From positions 1 through 64,000 of the IMG/VR virus record IMGVR_UViG_3300012204_000007: a stretch of DNA of 64,000 bases; one strand, 5' to 3'. Shown here piece after piece: positions 55,210-64,000 of this stretch. This DNA comes from a virus. Under the pieces are notes generated by a model. It had not been told where the DNA came from and ran no database searches. It saw only the letters and a list, made by a program, of their open reading frames with translations. Both the position numbers and the translations under genes were made by a program. Positions within the stretch are counted from its first letter, which is position 1. The number at the start of each line of letters is the position of its first letter.

Positions 55210-55524
55210 TTACTTGCAAAGACCATGAACCGTGTAACCATAGTCCTGTGAGGTGGTTCCCTGCAATATGGCTTTATTGACAATGGCCATATTGCCGGTA
55301 TAGGTAACATCACCGTTCGGAAGGGTGACCACCGCGTGATGCGGGTAGCCATCCTTGGGCTGACAGCGCTCCATGAGCACAACGGGGCTTCCAGCAGGGT
55401 GGGGGCGCGTGTCAGCGGCAGGATTGGCCTGCGCCTGGAATGATGTGAAGGCAACATGAACCGCGAAGGCGAGAATCGCAAGAATCTTCACAATATGTGC
55501 GTCACGCTTGGTCGGCTTGTTCAT
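55210..55524 (-). CDS. secreted hypothetical protein
   Basis: signal peptide ending AQA. Confidence 0.65.
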   Translation of the reverse strand: MNKPTKRDAHIVKILAILAFAVHVAFTSFQAQANPAADTRPHPAGSPVVLMERCQPKDGYPHHAVVTLPNGDVTYTGNMAIVNKAILQGTTSQDYGYTVHGLCK

Positions 55525-55953
55525 ATCCCAAGATTAGCACATGTTATCGTAATCGCGCAATATAGGATACCGGGCATTCCCAAAATGCCCAACACTGCGT
55601 GTGTTGGGCAAAAAGATAATTTTCAAGCGGATTATTGACTTTATCGTAATCGTGTGATACCGGGTGCTGGGCATAGTTGGTTGCCGAAGGCAACCATTGC
55701 ATGTGCATAGGCATACTGCCGGTATGCCAGGGTGCCGCCGGTATGGTCACATACCCTCAGTACGTTGTCCCATGCATTGTTTGTCTCACAGTGTGGTCTT
55801 CCCCCAGTCCACAGAATGGACACTTTCAAACTACTTTCATGTGTTTCCGCAGGTCAGAGCGTTGCGCCCAAGTTTTTACCTTTCTGCTGGGCATATTCCC
55901 TATGCGTGTCCTACCTTGGTACTGCAACACAAACCACTACCTAGGAGCACACC

Positions 55954-56139
55954 ATGGCAAGCACAAGCGTCCCTCGGGCGGAGATTCAGCCGGGCATGAT
56001 TCTGCGCTCGACGCGGTGGAGTGAACTGCTCATCCTCAGCGCACCGAACAGTCGCGGCATGGTTCGTTGTGAAACGTACGATTCCACGGGCACGGCAATT
56101 GTCGTTGTCCTTCCCTACAAGGTCATTAGGTGGCTCTGA
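55954..56139 (+). CDS. hypothetical protein
   Basis: AGGAG RBS. Confidence 0.6.
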   Translation: MASTSVPRAEIQPGMILRSTRWSELLILSAPNSRGMVRCETYDSTGTAIVVVLPYKVIRWL

Positions 56140-56140
56140 C

Positions 56141-56653
56141 ATGTGTAACCAGACCCTCGCTCATGGTGTGACCACCGTGTGCAGCAAGGTCCGCCCGGAA
56201 TGCCACGCTCCCTCGGGCTACAGCGTCAAGGACTACAGCGCAAAGCAAGCACCCAATGGCATCGCACCCCGTGACCGTATGCGTGACGTCATCCTCGCAT
56301 TCTGGGAGTCGCAGGGGGTCGCACGTTGGGTGTCTGGCGGCAAGGGTGGGGGCGGCCGGTGGCAGGTGCGCGACATGGTGAACGGTGGCGCGGAATGGCT
56401 TCCTCTCGCTGACGGTACCGAATGGGGCAGTGGCCGTGCGCAGGTCGCAGAGTTCTCCCACATCGTGTCAACCAACAATCGTGGCGCATGGTGCGCTTGC
56501 AATCTGCTTCCTGAATCGGGAGCAACTAATGCGGCACGTGGGGAGATGAGCATTGTGACCCTCTCGCCCGGTGCACGTGCCTTGCTCGCGGCGTGGCCTG
56601 CCTACTGGACCAAACACTACGCGCGGAAGGCTTCACTCGCTCGGCTGTCCTGA
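56141..56653 (+). CDS. HNH-like endonuclease
   Basis: EFSHIVS...G....NL......N..RG. Confidence 0.55.
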   Translation: MCNQTLAHGVTTVCSKVRPECHAPSGYSVKDYSAKQAPNGIAPRDRMRDVILAFWESQGVARWVSGGKGGGGRWQVRDMVNGGAEWLPLADGTEWGSGRAQVAEFSHIVSTNNRGAWCACNLLPESGATNAARGEMSIVTLSPGARALLAAWPAYWTKHYARKASLARLS

Positions 56654-56710
56654 CAACACTGCCCGGGGGAGCATCCGCTCCCCCGGGCCAACACTGAAAG
56701 AGAGACCATC

Positions 56711-56956
56711 ATGACTCGCTCTGCCACTCCCCCGGTCGCTGTTTGGTTCGGCGCTCCCGCCTTCCTTGACTATGACAGCCATGGTGACCTGACCCTCTGG
56801 TTGGGTGCGCCGAACAGTGCCTACCCGCGTGCGCTCATGTCACAGAACAAGTGCGACAGCACGGTGTGGGACATGCTCATGACCCTGTTCGATGCCGACG
56901 ACCTGGCCCACCTAGTCAAGCAGCGTGACGCATGGTCAAGCGTTAATGACTTCTAA
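56711..56956 (+). CDS. hypothetical protein
   Basis: GAAAG RBS, terminator after. Confidence 0.65.
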   Translation: MTRSATPPVAVWFGAPAFLDYDSHGDLTLWLGAPNSAYPRALMSQNKCDSTVWDMLMTLFDADDLAHLVKQRDAWSSVNDF

Positions 56957-56960
56957 TCCC

Positions 56961-57000
56961 ACAGGAAGCCCTCAGATTGGCTCTGAGGGCTTCCTGTTTT
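56961..57000 (+). terminator. intrinsic terminator
   Basis: ACAGGAAGCCCTCAGA/TCTGAGGGCTTCCTGT-TTT. Confidence 0.85.
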
Positions 57001-57331
57001 ATCTGTGGGTACCGACCCCATTGGGACCCCCCGCACGTCTCCTAGGGCCCATTCTGTGCGTCTGAGACGCCTTCCCACGTGCGCACTATCCTGTGCTGCG
57101 CATAGCGCTCTCGGGGTAGTATCATACAAGATAGATATTTTTTAACATTTACAAATATTGATATAATAGTCTAGTCTTTTTGTAGACTTTCAGCGGGACT
57201 CCATGTCCATCCCCACCGCTTGTTACACGGGGTATGATGTTTATGAATACCACACGGTGGAGAACCCACTGGGCAGTCCGGTGAATATTTCCAACAAACT
57301 TCTATAAGTTCATCGTTGTCATATATACACA

Positions 57332-57547
57332 TTACTCTTCTACCGGCCCCGGTATAAAAATATCTGGGTTGTTGTGACCCTTGTTCTCATGATGTTCATA
57401 TAGTTCGTTGGCGGTATCTTCATCAAGATGAGTTAGTATAGCCATACCAATGTCATACAGTCTCATTAGTAGTGCTATTTGAACAAGGTCTTGTTCTGAG
57501 GGCTCACTTACTAATACCGGCGGTAGTTCTTCGTTCCAGTCGTTCAC
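57332..57547 (-). CDS. hypothetical protein
   Basis: GTGA overlap chain. Confidence 0.65.
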   Translation of the reverse strand: MNDWNEELPPVLVSEPSEQDLVQIALLMRLYDIGMAILTHLDEDTANELYEHHENKGHNNPDIFIPGPVEE

Positions 57548-57747
57548 TCTTCATCGCTCCATTCAAATGTCATAGTACAATACATTGTAACATCTAAAGT
57601 AAATTGGTCTGTCCATGTTGTTTCTGAATCTACGTCAACCGTAGTTAGAACAGCATTTTCAGGTAGTTTTAGTGCATTGAGGGCAGCAATAATCTCTGCC
57701 TTACCGCCGCTGCCTACATTTACCTTAACGCTCTTGTGAACCCTCAC
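57544..57747 (-). CDS. hypothetical protein
   Basis: GTGA overlap chain. Confidence 0.6.
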   Translation of the reverse strand: MRVHKSVKVNVGSGGKAEIIAALNALKLPENAVLTTVDVDSETTWTDQFTLDVTMYCTMTFEWSDEE

Positions 57748-58904
57748 AGTTCCTCTTTCTTGTAGTTAGAGATTTCCATGCGTGCTGCTTGAGCACTCTC
57801 TGGGTGAAGTTTCAAGATATTGACAAACTCCGCCATAGATGGGAACTTAGGTAGTTTTACTGCTACCGGCTCGTCATATACCCACAAGAACATCTCTTCT
57901 ATCTGAGAATCTATTGGCGGTAGAAGATGAATCTTCTTATCCATCCTACCGGCGCGGATAAGAGCATCGTCTAGGTTCTCAACATGATTTGTTGTCATAA
58001 ATGTCATGAGGCCGTTAGGAGTTGCTACGCCATCTAGAGCGTTGAGAAGGCCAGCCAATGTTGGGCCTGGTCCTAAGTCAGAATCTCTAGTCACACTACT
58101 AGAGAAGATATCAACATCTTCCAATAGTAGAATAGAGTTGTCTTCAATTGTATTGATAGCACTCACCAACATATTGTCATCCTTAAGTGCAGCCAGGGAG
58201 AGTGAGTATAGACTCATCTTGTACCTATGCGCAATAGCCGCCACGAGAGAGGACTTACCATTGCCAGGTGGACCATAGAACAGATAGCCTCTGTGCCACG
58301 GTGCACCGATTCTTTCGTACTTCTTCTCATTCTCAAAAAACCCGCTAATGTCATCTAGCAAAGAGTTTTTTACACCTTTCGGCAGAAAGATAGACTCAAT
58401 ATCGCGGTATGATAATGGAGACTGGCTCCAATAACTACTGGTATAGGTAAGGATATTTACCGTCTTGGTCTCCATCTTGCGCGCTTCTGTAAGTTCTTCG
58501 AACTTCTCAAGTAGCATTTCGATACCGGCGCGGGTACGACATTTGAAAATCATCTCACCCTTTGGCTTGTTACCATCGTACGAGTCAATGATAACATTGG
58601 TCTCAGGCATCGCTACAGAAATCTTATATTCGTAACCTCTATAGTTGACCTTAGAAGTACCATTTTGGTTGTAGACCTTGTGCAAGCCTATTGAGTTAGA
58701 CTCTACGCGAGTATGGTTCGTCTTGGTCTCATCGACCAACCAGCGCAGCAGTGCTGGATAGATATACGCAGAGCCATCTACGGTCATTGTATATTGAAAC
58801 CTCTCTTCGTATCTTGTTTTTAGGTCTCTAGAGAGAGACCACGCTGTGGTCGCCACACTGAGCGCAGTCGCGGCGGTAGCGAGTTTACTCTTCTTCTTCG
58901 TCAT
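57744..58904 (-). CDS. AAA+ ATPase, BCS1-like
   Basis: PWHRGYLFYGPPGNGKSS, LLEDVD, LLNALDG, TTNH..LD.ALIRAGRMD. Confidence 0.88.
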   Translation of the reverse strand: MTKKKSKLATAATALSVATTAWSLSRDLKTRYEERFQYTMTVDGSAYIYPALLRWLVDETKTNHTRVESNSIGLHKVYNQNGTSKVNYRGYEYKISVAMPETNVIIDSYDGNKPKGEMIFKCRTRAGIEMLLEKFEELTEARKMETKTVNILTYTSSYWSQSPLSYRDIESIFLPKGVKNSLLDDISGFFENEKKYERIGAPWHRGYLFYGPPGNGKSSLVAAIAHRYKMSLYSLSLAALKDDNMLVSAINTIEDNSILLLEDVDIFSSSVTRDSDLGPGPTLAGLLNALDGVATPNGLMTFMTTNHVENLDDALIRAGRMDKKIHLLPPIDSQIEEMFLWVYDEPVAVKLPKFPSMAEFVNILKLHPESAQAARMEISNYKKEEL

Positions 58905-59196
58905 CGCCTGTCTCTATCTCCCAAAAGTTTTCCATACGTAGCAAAGTGCCCCTGTCATCCATAGGGATAAGGTCCAACTTAATGGATGCATTTTCTCTTG
59001 TATAGTATGGTCTCGTTAGTACGTCCATCATGTCATAATCATAATCTTGACCCAACTCAATCTCTATAATGCCTGTGCGACCACATATTACTCGCTCTCT
59101 CTTGTCGTCATCAATCTCGACAAGAAAGACCTTGTATTGCTTGGTCTTAATATGCTGCAATCCATTATTCACTAATATTCTCCGAATATGTCTCAA
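58885..59196 (-). CDS. hypothetical protein
   Basis: fills gap between thyX and ATPase. Confidence 0.55.
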   Translation of the reverse strand: MRHIRRILVNNGLQHIKTKQYKVFLVEIDDDKRERVICGRTGIIEIELGQDYDYDMMDVLTRPYYTRENASIKLDLIPMDDRGTLLRMENFWEIETGDDEEEE

Positions 59197-59938
59197 AAGC
59201 CTCTAATTGGGCAACACGCTTGCGCAGTTGCTCAAGTTCCTTGGCATCTTCGCGCCAATCGTACTTCTTGTAGGCGGCATATGTCAGGGGCATCTGCTTG
59301 GCAAATAACCTCTCGATTTCCTGAGCCACCATACGAATTTCATACAGAGCATTAGGGTCATTGCGAAGTGTAAGGAACTGCATCACATTGCGAGGGTTGG
59401 CGGTAGCATAGAACTGGGTCATAATACCGACCGGTAGCACATCTCTTGCTATCTCGCGTGCAATACCAAGCCCCAGCATCTTTTGATAAGCAAACCAAGA
59501 CTCAGTATATGCATACCTAGTTTGATTAAATACTTGTTTATATTGCTCATTATTACCAGGCTCAAATCGGTACGAACCAACTTTCCCAGTCTGGACTAGT
59601 GGTCTATCTGGTGCCGCTACATAGAATCTTGAGTCTAGTTCCTTATACCGGCCCGAGGTCTCGTTATACGACCATGTGCGGTGGCGCATAAACTCACGCG
59701 CCACAAAGATTGGAGTATCTATAAAAAAGGTGAGCGACCCGTGCTCGAATGGCGACATGTGTCGCTCGCGGTAGAGAAAGTTGATAAGCCCTTCTTGCTT
59801 ACCAGACTCAGCCAACTTTTGCTGAGCATCACTACCAAAGTTACTTACCCATGCCGCACGGCACACATCTTCGTCAGATGCATTGCTCTTTATAAGTTCT
59901 ACTGTGCTGTTTGATACAAATTTAAGTTTAGTTGTCAT
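59165..59938 (-). CDS. thyX: flavin-dependent thymidylate synthase
   Basis: HMSPFEH, REFMRHRTWSYNETSGRY, ARDVLP. Confidence 0.95.
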   Translation of the reverse strand: MTTKLKFVSNSTVELIKSNASDEDVCRAAWVSNFGSDAQQKLAESGKQEGLINFLYRERHMSPFEHGSLTFFIDTPIFVAREFMRHRTWSYNETSGRYKELDSRFYVAAPDRPLVQTGKVGSYRFEPGNNEQYKQVFNQTRYAYTESWFAYQKMLGLGIAREIARDVLPVGIMTQFYATANPRNVMQFLTLRNDPNALYEIRMVAQEIERLFAKQMPLTYAAYKKYDWREDAKELEQLRKRVAQLEAFETYSENISE

Positions 59939-60176
59939 TATTCCTTAGGTTTTCTACTATCTCGCCAATATTGGCTCTAATCTGGTCCCATGTATATATA
60001 CTAATACCAAATACAGTTCGGCATGCAAAGCATTTGAGTTCTGGTTCTGAGTGCTGTCCGACTACGGGGACAAGTTCGCTCTGACAGTCTGGACATACTA
60101 TCACGGGAGCATCGCCATTGGCTACCGCTGAGCGGTAGACATGAATTGCAGGCCATTTGTCTTCGTCCCTCACCAA
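59928..60176 (-). CDS. Zn-ribbon hypothetical protein
   Basis: CPDC..CFAC. Confidence 0.65.
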   Translation of the reverse strand: MVRDEDKWPAIHVYRSAVANGDAPVIVCPDCQSELVPVVGQHSEPELKCFACRTVFGISIYTWDQIRANIGEIVENLRNNDN

Positions 60177-60379
60177 TAACCTCTTTTAATACGCTTACTA
60201 GACTTGAAATGGTACCATCGGATGGGAAAGAAATCCATCTCACCGTCAATGTTATTAGTCTTGCATATGTGCCATCTACCGCAATCAGAACATGGTATGA
60301 GAGTTCCTTTGACATAGTGTGATGGATGACCATACATTCTGCATATATGCTTTTCCGAAGGTCCTATGATATCTCTCAT
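60170..60379 (-). CDS. hypothetical protein
   Basis: H.C..CSDCGRW..C. Confidence 0.6.
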   Translation of the reverse strand: MRDIIGPSEKHICRMYGHPSHYVKGTLIPCSDCGRWHICKTNNIDGEMDFFPIRWYHFKSSKRIKRGYW

Positions 60380-60761
60380 AATTTAACCATAACTTCCATA
60401 AATATTAGAAAGATGCAAATGCCTACAAGCGATAATAATATTATCGCTGGCCAACTCCATCGTGTTCTCATCTTCGCCACTCTATCATCCACCATCTGTG
60501 ACCAAACCATATTTCTACACTTCTATGAAACCTGAAAACCCTAAACCAACCGTTATGATGGCTCTGTGGATACTTAAACCAAGCGGTATCAATCTTCATT
60601 AGGAAGCCTTTCAAGGAAATGGGTACCGGCTCCATCCTTCATCCATACATAGGACTTACCAAAGAGTTCGGTACGAAATAGAAACTTACATCCAGCATCA
60701 ATTAGTAGTTGCAGATATGCTAACTGTGCTTCATCCAACTGCTCATTTATCTGATTACTCA

Positions 60762-60959
60762 TCATGCACCATAGTTGTGTGGTGCGAAGTTCTTGTGGGG
60801 GGTAGTGGGACAGGTCTCATGAGTGAATGTTGCACCATCGTAGCGATGAACTAGACTGCCCTTTCGAATATATACGTTGCATTTGTAACAATACATTGCA
60901 AACGGAGCCGCGATTGTGGTGAAAGTGCTATCTACGAGCGCCTGCTCTGCGAGAGTCAT
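60762..60959 (-). CDS. small Zn-binding protein
   Basis: GAAAGGA RBS; CYKC..HETC. Confidence 0.6.
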   Translation of the reverse strand: MTLAEQALVDSTFTTIAAPFAMYCYKCNVYIRKGSLVHRYDGATFTHETCPTTPHKNFAPHNYGA

Positions 60960-60997
60960 TGTCTTCCTTTCGGTAGGTGATGAACAACGGTACCATA

Positions 60998-61216
60998 CTA
61001 GAATGGGGGTGTCAACTCTTCTGTACTAAGGATTTCCTTGCCGGGCGTGGGGTGTCTATCACGGCTTGCACGGAGTTCATCATAACACTTCACATGTGCA
61101 AGATGTGAACCTTGCTTCTTGGTGCAGTCAAAGTAGACCAAAGTGCTGTGTGGGAACTCTTTTTTGCAGATTGCACACATTCCCGCTCTTATTGTTAATC
61201 CTGTCCATGCTGGCAA
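60998..61216 (-). CDS. small Zn-binding protein
   Basis: CAIC..HVKC. Confidence 0.55.
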   Translation of the reverse strand: MPAWTGLTIRAGMCAICKKEFPHSTLVYFDCTKKQGSHLAHVKCYDELRASRDRHPTPGKEILSTEELTPPF

Positions 61217-61438
61217 AAGAAAATCCCCTAATAACCCCTTAAGAAAAGTATTACTTCAAAGAAGTAATACTAGAACTTGTTTTATATTATATTAATATAA
61301 TATGTAACTCTTAGTTACACTCTTGTTAGTATACTTGTATTGGTGTTCTTCCTTAGGACCAATTATACACAGCATATGTCAAGTTGGCACCATTGTCAAG
61401 TTACGATAGAATAGATGTATCTAGATAGGATTTTATAA

Positions 61439-62374
61439 ATGAAGGTTTCTTTTAACCAAACTAGTTCCCCAAACGTCAGGGCTACTAATGGATATGGCTA
61501 TGCTGCCAAGATGTGCAGGGAGTCTTTGATAAGGCTTGGACATTCTGTAGATTGGCGTGACGATACCGCCGATGTTGAGATTAACTTCATTCAACCCGAG
61601 AACTGGCACTGGACGGGCCCATATCGTATAGCCTATCTTCCTTGGGAGTCTACAGGGCTGCGCGACGGCTGGTCCTCGCTGTTGAACGAGGTTGACGAGG
61701 TCTGGACGCCCTCACCAGTAATCGCACAGTGGTTTGCGGACGCTGGGGTCACCAAGAACATACGCATTTATGAGCATGGCGTAGAGAGGCTCTGGGAGCC
61801 CTATCTGAGACCGCTCGACGGCACTTTCCGCATTCTTCACCATGGCGGTGAGGCTTTGCGCAAGGGCGGTAACGAGACAATCCGCGCCTTCCTTACCAAG
61901 TTAGGCGACGAGGATGCTCAACTCGTGTTGAAGATGATTCTTCAACAGTTTAACCTCCACGACACAAAGCACATCCAACTTCTTCTAAAGAAGGTTGATA
62001 TTGATGAACTTGTTGCAATCTATCACGGATGTAGCATGTTTTGCTATCCTTCGTGGGGAGAAGGGTTTGGCCTAACTCCGTTACAGGCAATGGCGACCGG
62101 TATGCCTATTTTGATTACCGATGGCTGGGCACCATATGCCAGATTCATTCCTGAGAATAGCTTAATAAAATCTGAGTTAGTTGAGTCTCCTTGGCAGTCA
62201 CATCATCCTGGGATGATGTTCAAGCCAGATGAAGACGACCTACGAGATAAACTGCGCTGGCACTTTGATAACCGTGAATCAGAACGAGACCGCGCATTCA
62301 ATATTGCTGAAACAGTACGTTCTGAGTATGATTGGGACACACTAACAGCCGCAGCATTCGCTCATCTTATCTAA
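61439..62374 (+). CDS. GT-B (family 4-like) glycosyltransferase
   Basis: PWES, RKGG, YPSWGEGFGLTPLQAMATGMP. Confidence 0.9.
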   Translation: MKVSFNQTSSPNVRATNGYGYAAKMCRESLIRLGHSVDWRDDTADVEINFIQPENWHWTGPYRIAYLPWESTGLRDGWSSLLNEVDEVWTPSPVIAQWFADAGVTKNIRIYEHGVERLWEPYLRPLDGTFRILHHGGEALRKGGNETIRAFLTKLGDEDAQLVLKMILQQFNLHDTKHIQLLLKKVDIDELVAIYHGCSMFCYPSWGEGFGLTPLQAMATGMPILITDGWAPYARFIPENSLIKSELVESPWQSHHPGMMFKPDEDDLRDKLRWHFDNRESERDRAFNIAETVRSEYDWDTLTAAAFAHLI

Positions 62375-62458
62375 GCAAAAATTTATCTGAGTGGGTCGCC
62401 TTAGAACCCATACGCTGCTATGCTTAGAGAACCACATTTTTTACTAGGAGCGTTAAAA

Positions 62459-64000
62459 TTGAACACTATTTTGGATGAAAAGGGCATGATTAAAGACTCT
62501 TACAGGTCTTTCATTGCAGCAAGTCGTTACAGTAGATGGCTCGATGACGAAGGTCGTCGTGAGTCATGGACAGAGACGGTAGATAGATATATTAACTATA
62601 TGCATAACCATGTTAATACAAACTATACCGGCGCAATTTCTGACACATTTTGGTTAGAAGCCAGAGAGGCAATTCTTAATCATAAGGTTATGCCGTCTAT
62701 GCGGGCGCTGATGACAGCCGGTAAAGCATTGGAGCGTGAGAACCTAGCATCCTATAACTGTTCATTTATTGCAATTGATGACCCGAGGTCATTTGATGAA
62801 GCGCTTTATATCCTGATGAATGGTGTTGGTTTAGGATTTTCTGTAGAAAAAGAGCATATTGCTAAACTACCACTCGTAGATGAGCATTTTGAGCAGTCTG
62901 GCTCAACCATCGTGGTTGCAGACTCTAAGGCAGGATGGGCGCGTGGTCTGCGTGAGTTGATTGCAATGCTTTACGCTGGTCAGATTCCCAGCATTGATAT
63001 TACTAATGTTCGCCCAGCGGGAGCAAGATTGAAGACATTCGGTGGCCGCGCCAGCGGGCCACAGCCTCTAATCGACCTATTTGACTTTACTATTGATATC
63101 TTCAAGAATGCCGCCGGTAGGAAACTAACCCCAATCGAAGCACATGACATTATGTGTAAAATTGGAGAGGTGGTAGTTGTTGGTGGTGTTCGTCGCAGCG
63201 CACTTATCTCTTTGTCTGACCTATCCGACTATGATATGGCTAAATCAAAGTCTGGCGCATGGTGGGAGTCAGAGCAACAGCGGGCATTGGCCAACAATTC
63301 TGTAGCCTATTACAAGAAGCCTTCTATTGGTGAGTTCTTAACAGAGTGGGGGCATCTATATGAATCTAAGTCGGGCGAGCGCGGTATTATCAATATGGAT
63401 GGTCTTCGCAAGCACACAAATGCCCCACGTAGAGACTTATCTCAAATAATGGGCCTCAACCCTTGCGGAGAGATTCTACTACGCTCTAAGCAGTTGTGCA
63501 ACCTTACAGAAGTGATTGTTGACTCTGAGGATACACCCGCCGACCTCGTAAAGAAAATTGAAATTGCTACAACATTGGGTACCATCCAGTCTAGCCTTAC
63601 AAATTTCAAATATCTTCGAAAGGTTTGGAAAGACAACTGTGAAGAAGAACGTCTATTGGGTGTTTCTCTTACCGGGCAACTTGGACACCAGACATTGTCT
63701 GGTGCGGCAGGTATAGACTCTTTGATACATCTGCTTACACAGATGAAAGAGGTTGCTATTGACCAAAATAGAATAATTGCTGAGTCAATGGGAATTAACA
63801 TTTCCACCGCGATTACTACAGTAAAGCCTTCTGGCACTGTATCTCAGTTAACAGCCTCATCTTCTGGAATGCATCCATGGCACAATGACTATTACATTCG
63901 TTCTGTTCGTGGTGATAACAAGGACCCAATTACAAAGTTCTTAAAGGATATGGATATTCCTAACGAGCCGGATGTAACCAAACCAGGCTCAACAACTGTA
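62459..64000 (+). CDS. nrdJ: class II (B12-dependent) ribonucleotide reductase, 5' part
   Basis: TTG start after AGGAG; SRYSRW..GRRESW.ETV.R, MPSMRAL, NPCGE, CNL, VKPSGTVS; runs off window. Confidence 0.93.
   Translation, partial: MNTILDEKGMIKDSYRSFIAASRYSRWLDDEGRRESWTETVDRYINYMHNHVNTNYTGAISDTFWLEAREAILNHKVMPSMRALMTAGKALERENLASYNCSFIAIDDPRSFDEALYILMNGVGLGFSVEKEHIAKLPLVDEHFEQSGSTIVVADSKAGWARGLRELIAMLYAGQIPSIDITNVRPAGARLKTFGGRASGPQPLIDLFDFTIDIFKNAAGRKLTPIEAHDIMCKIGEVVVVGGVRRSALISLSDLSDYDMAKSKSGAWWESEQQRALANNSVAYYKKPSIGEFLTEWGHLYESKSGERGIINMDGLRKHTNAPRRDLSQIMGLNPCGEILLRSKQLCNLTEVIVDSEDTPADLVKKIEIATTLGTIQSSLTNFKYLRKVWKDNCEEERLLGVSLTGQLGHQTLSGAAGIDSLIHLLTQMKEVAIDQNRIIAESMGINISTAITTVKPSGTVSQLTASSSGMHPWHNDYYIRSVRGDNKDPITKFLKDMDIPNEPDVTKPGSTTV

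Larger units (their letters stand above)
47593..55614. repeat. 12 dispersed inverted repeats TGCCCAMCA-N(1-9)-TGKTGGGCAAAA
   Basis: copies near 47593, 48490 (inverted), 50315, 50894, 51599, 52107, 52594, 53476, 54233, 54705, 55077, 55582; all intergenic. Confidence 0.92.

Noticed and set aside
47593-55614. CRISPR array interpretation of the inverted repeats
   Set aside because: Repeats are hundreds to nearly two thousand bp apart, enclose whole genes and vary internally; no cas genes seen
48018-56553. Overlapping opposite-strand ORFs in the GC-rich block
   Set aside because: Expected from high GC3; promoters, RBSs and terminators support only one strand per cassette
63442-63837. 131-aa minus-strand ORF
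   Set aside because: Antisense to nrdJ, which the track missed because it runs off the window
1-64000. Prophage or bacterial chromosome origin for the window
   Set aside because: No integrase, att site, rRNA or host housekeeping operon; gene density and content are phage-like throughout

Overview
64 kb segment of a large lytic actinobacteriophage genome. Gene content (Lsr2-like, WhiB-like, ThyX, rIIA/rIIB, class II RNR, tmRNA) resembles Streptomyces cluster BE/BK-type phages; host and taxonomy are inferred, not shown. 1-46.8 kb (+ strand) holds about 37 recognisable tRNA genes, a tmRNA, a GOLLD-like large RNA, a second large unidentified RNA and about 10 aberrant tRNA-like RNAs. These are mixed with RNA-repair and counter-defence genes (two RNA ligases, split PNK, CCA-adding enzyme, 2H and calcineurin-like phosphoesterases, macro domain, KTSC), an endolysin and many small ORFs. 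46.8-47.6 kb is an AT-rich non-coding gap with DnaA boxes. 47.6-57.1 kb is a GC-richer block of promoter-gene-terminator cassettes separated by 12 copies of a conserved inverted repeat (probably the early or terminal-repeat region). 57.1-64 kb carries an AAA ATPase, thyX, a glycosyltransferase and a partial nrdJ. All calls come from reading the sequence and the supplied ORF track by eye; no searches or folding programs were run, and RNA ends may be off by a few nt.
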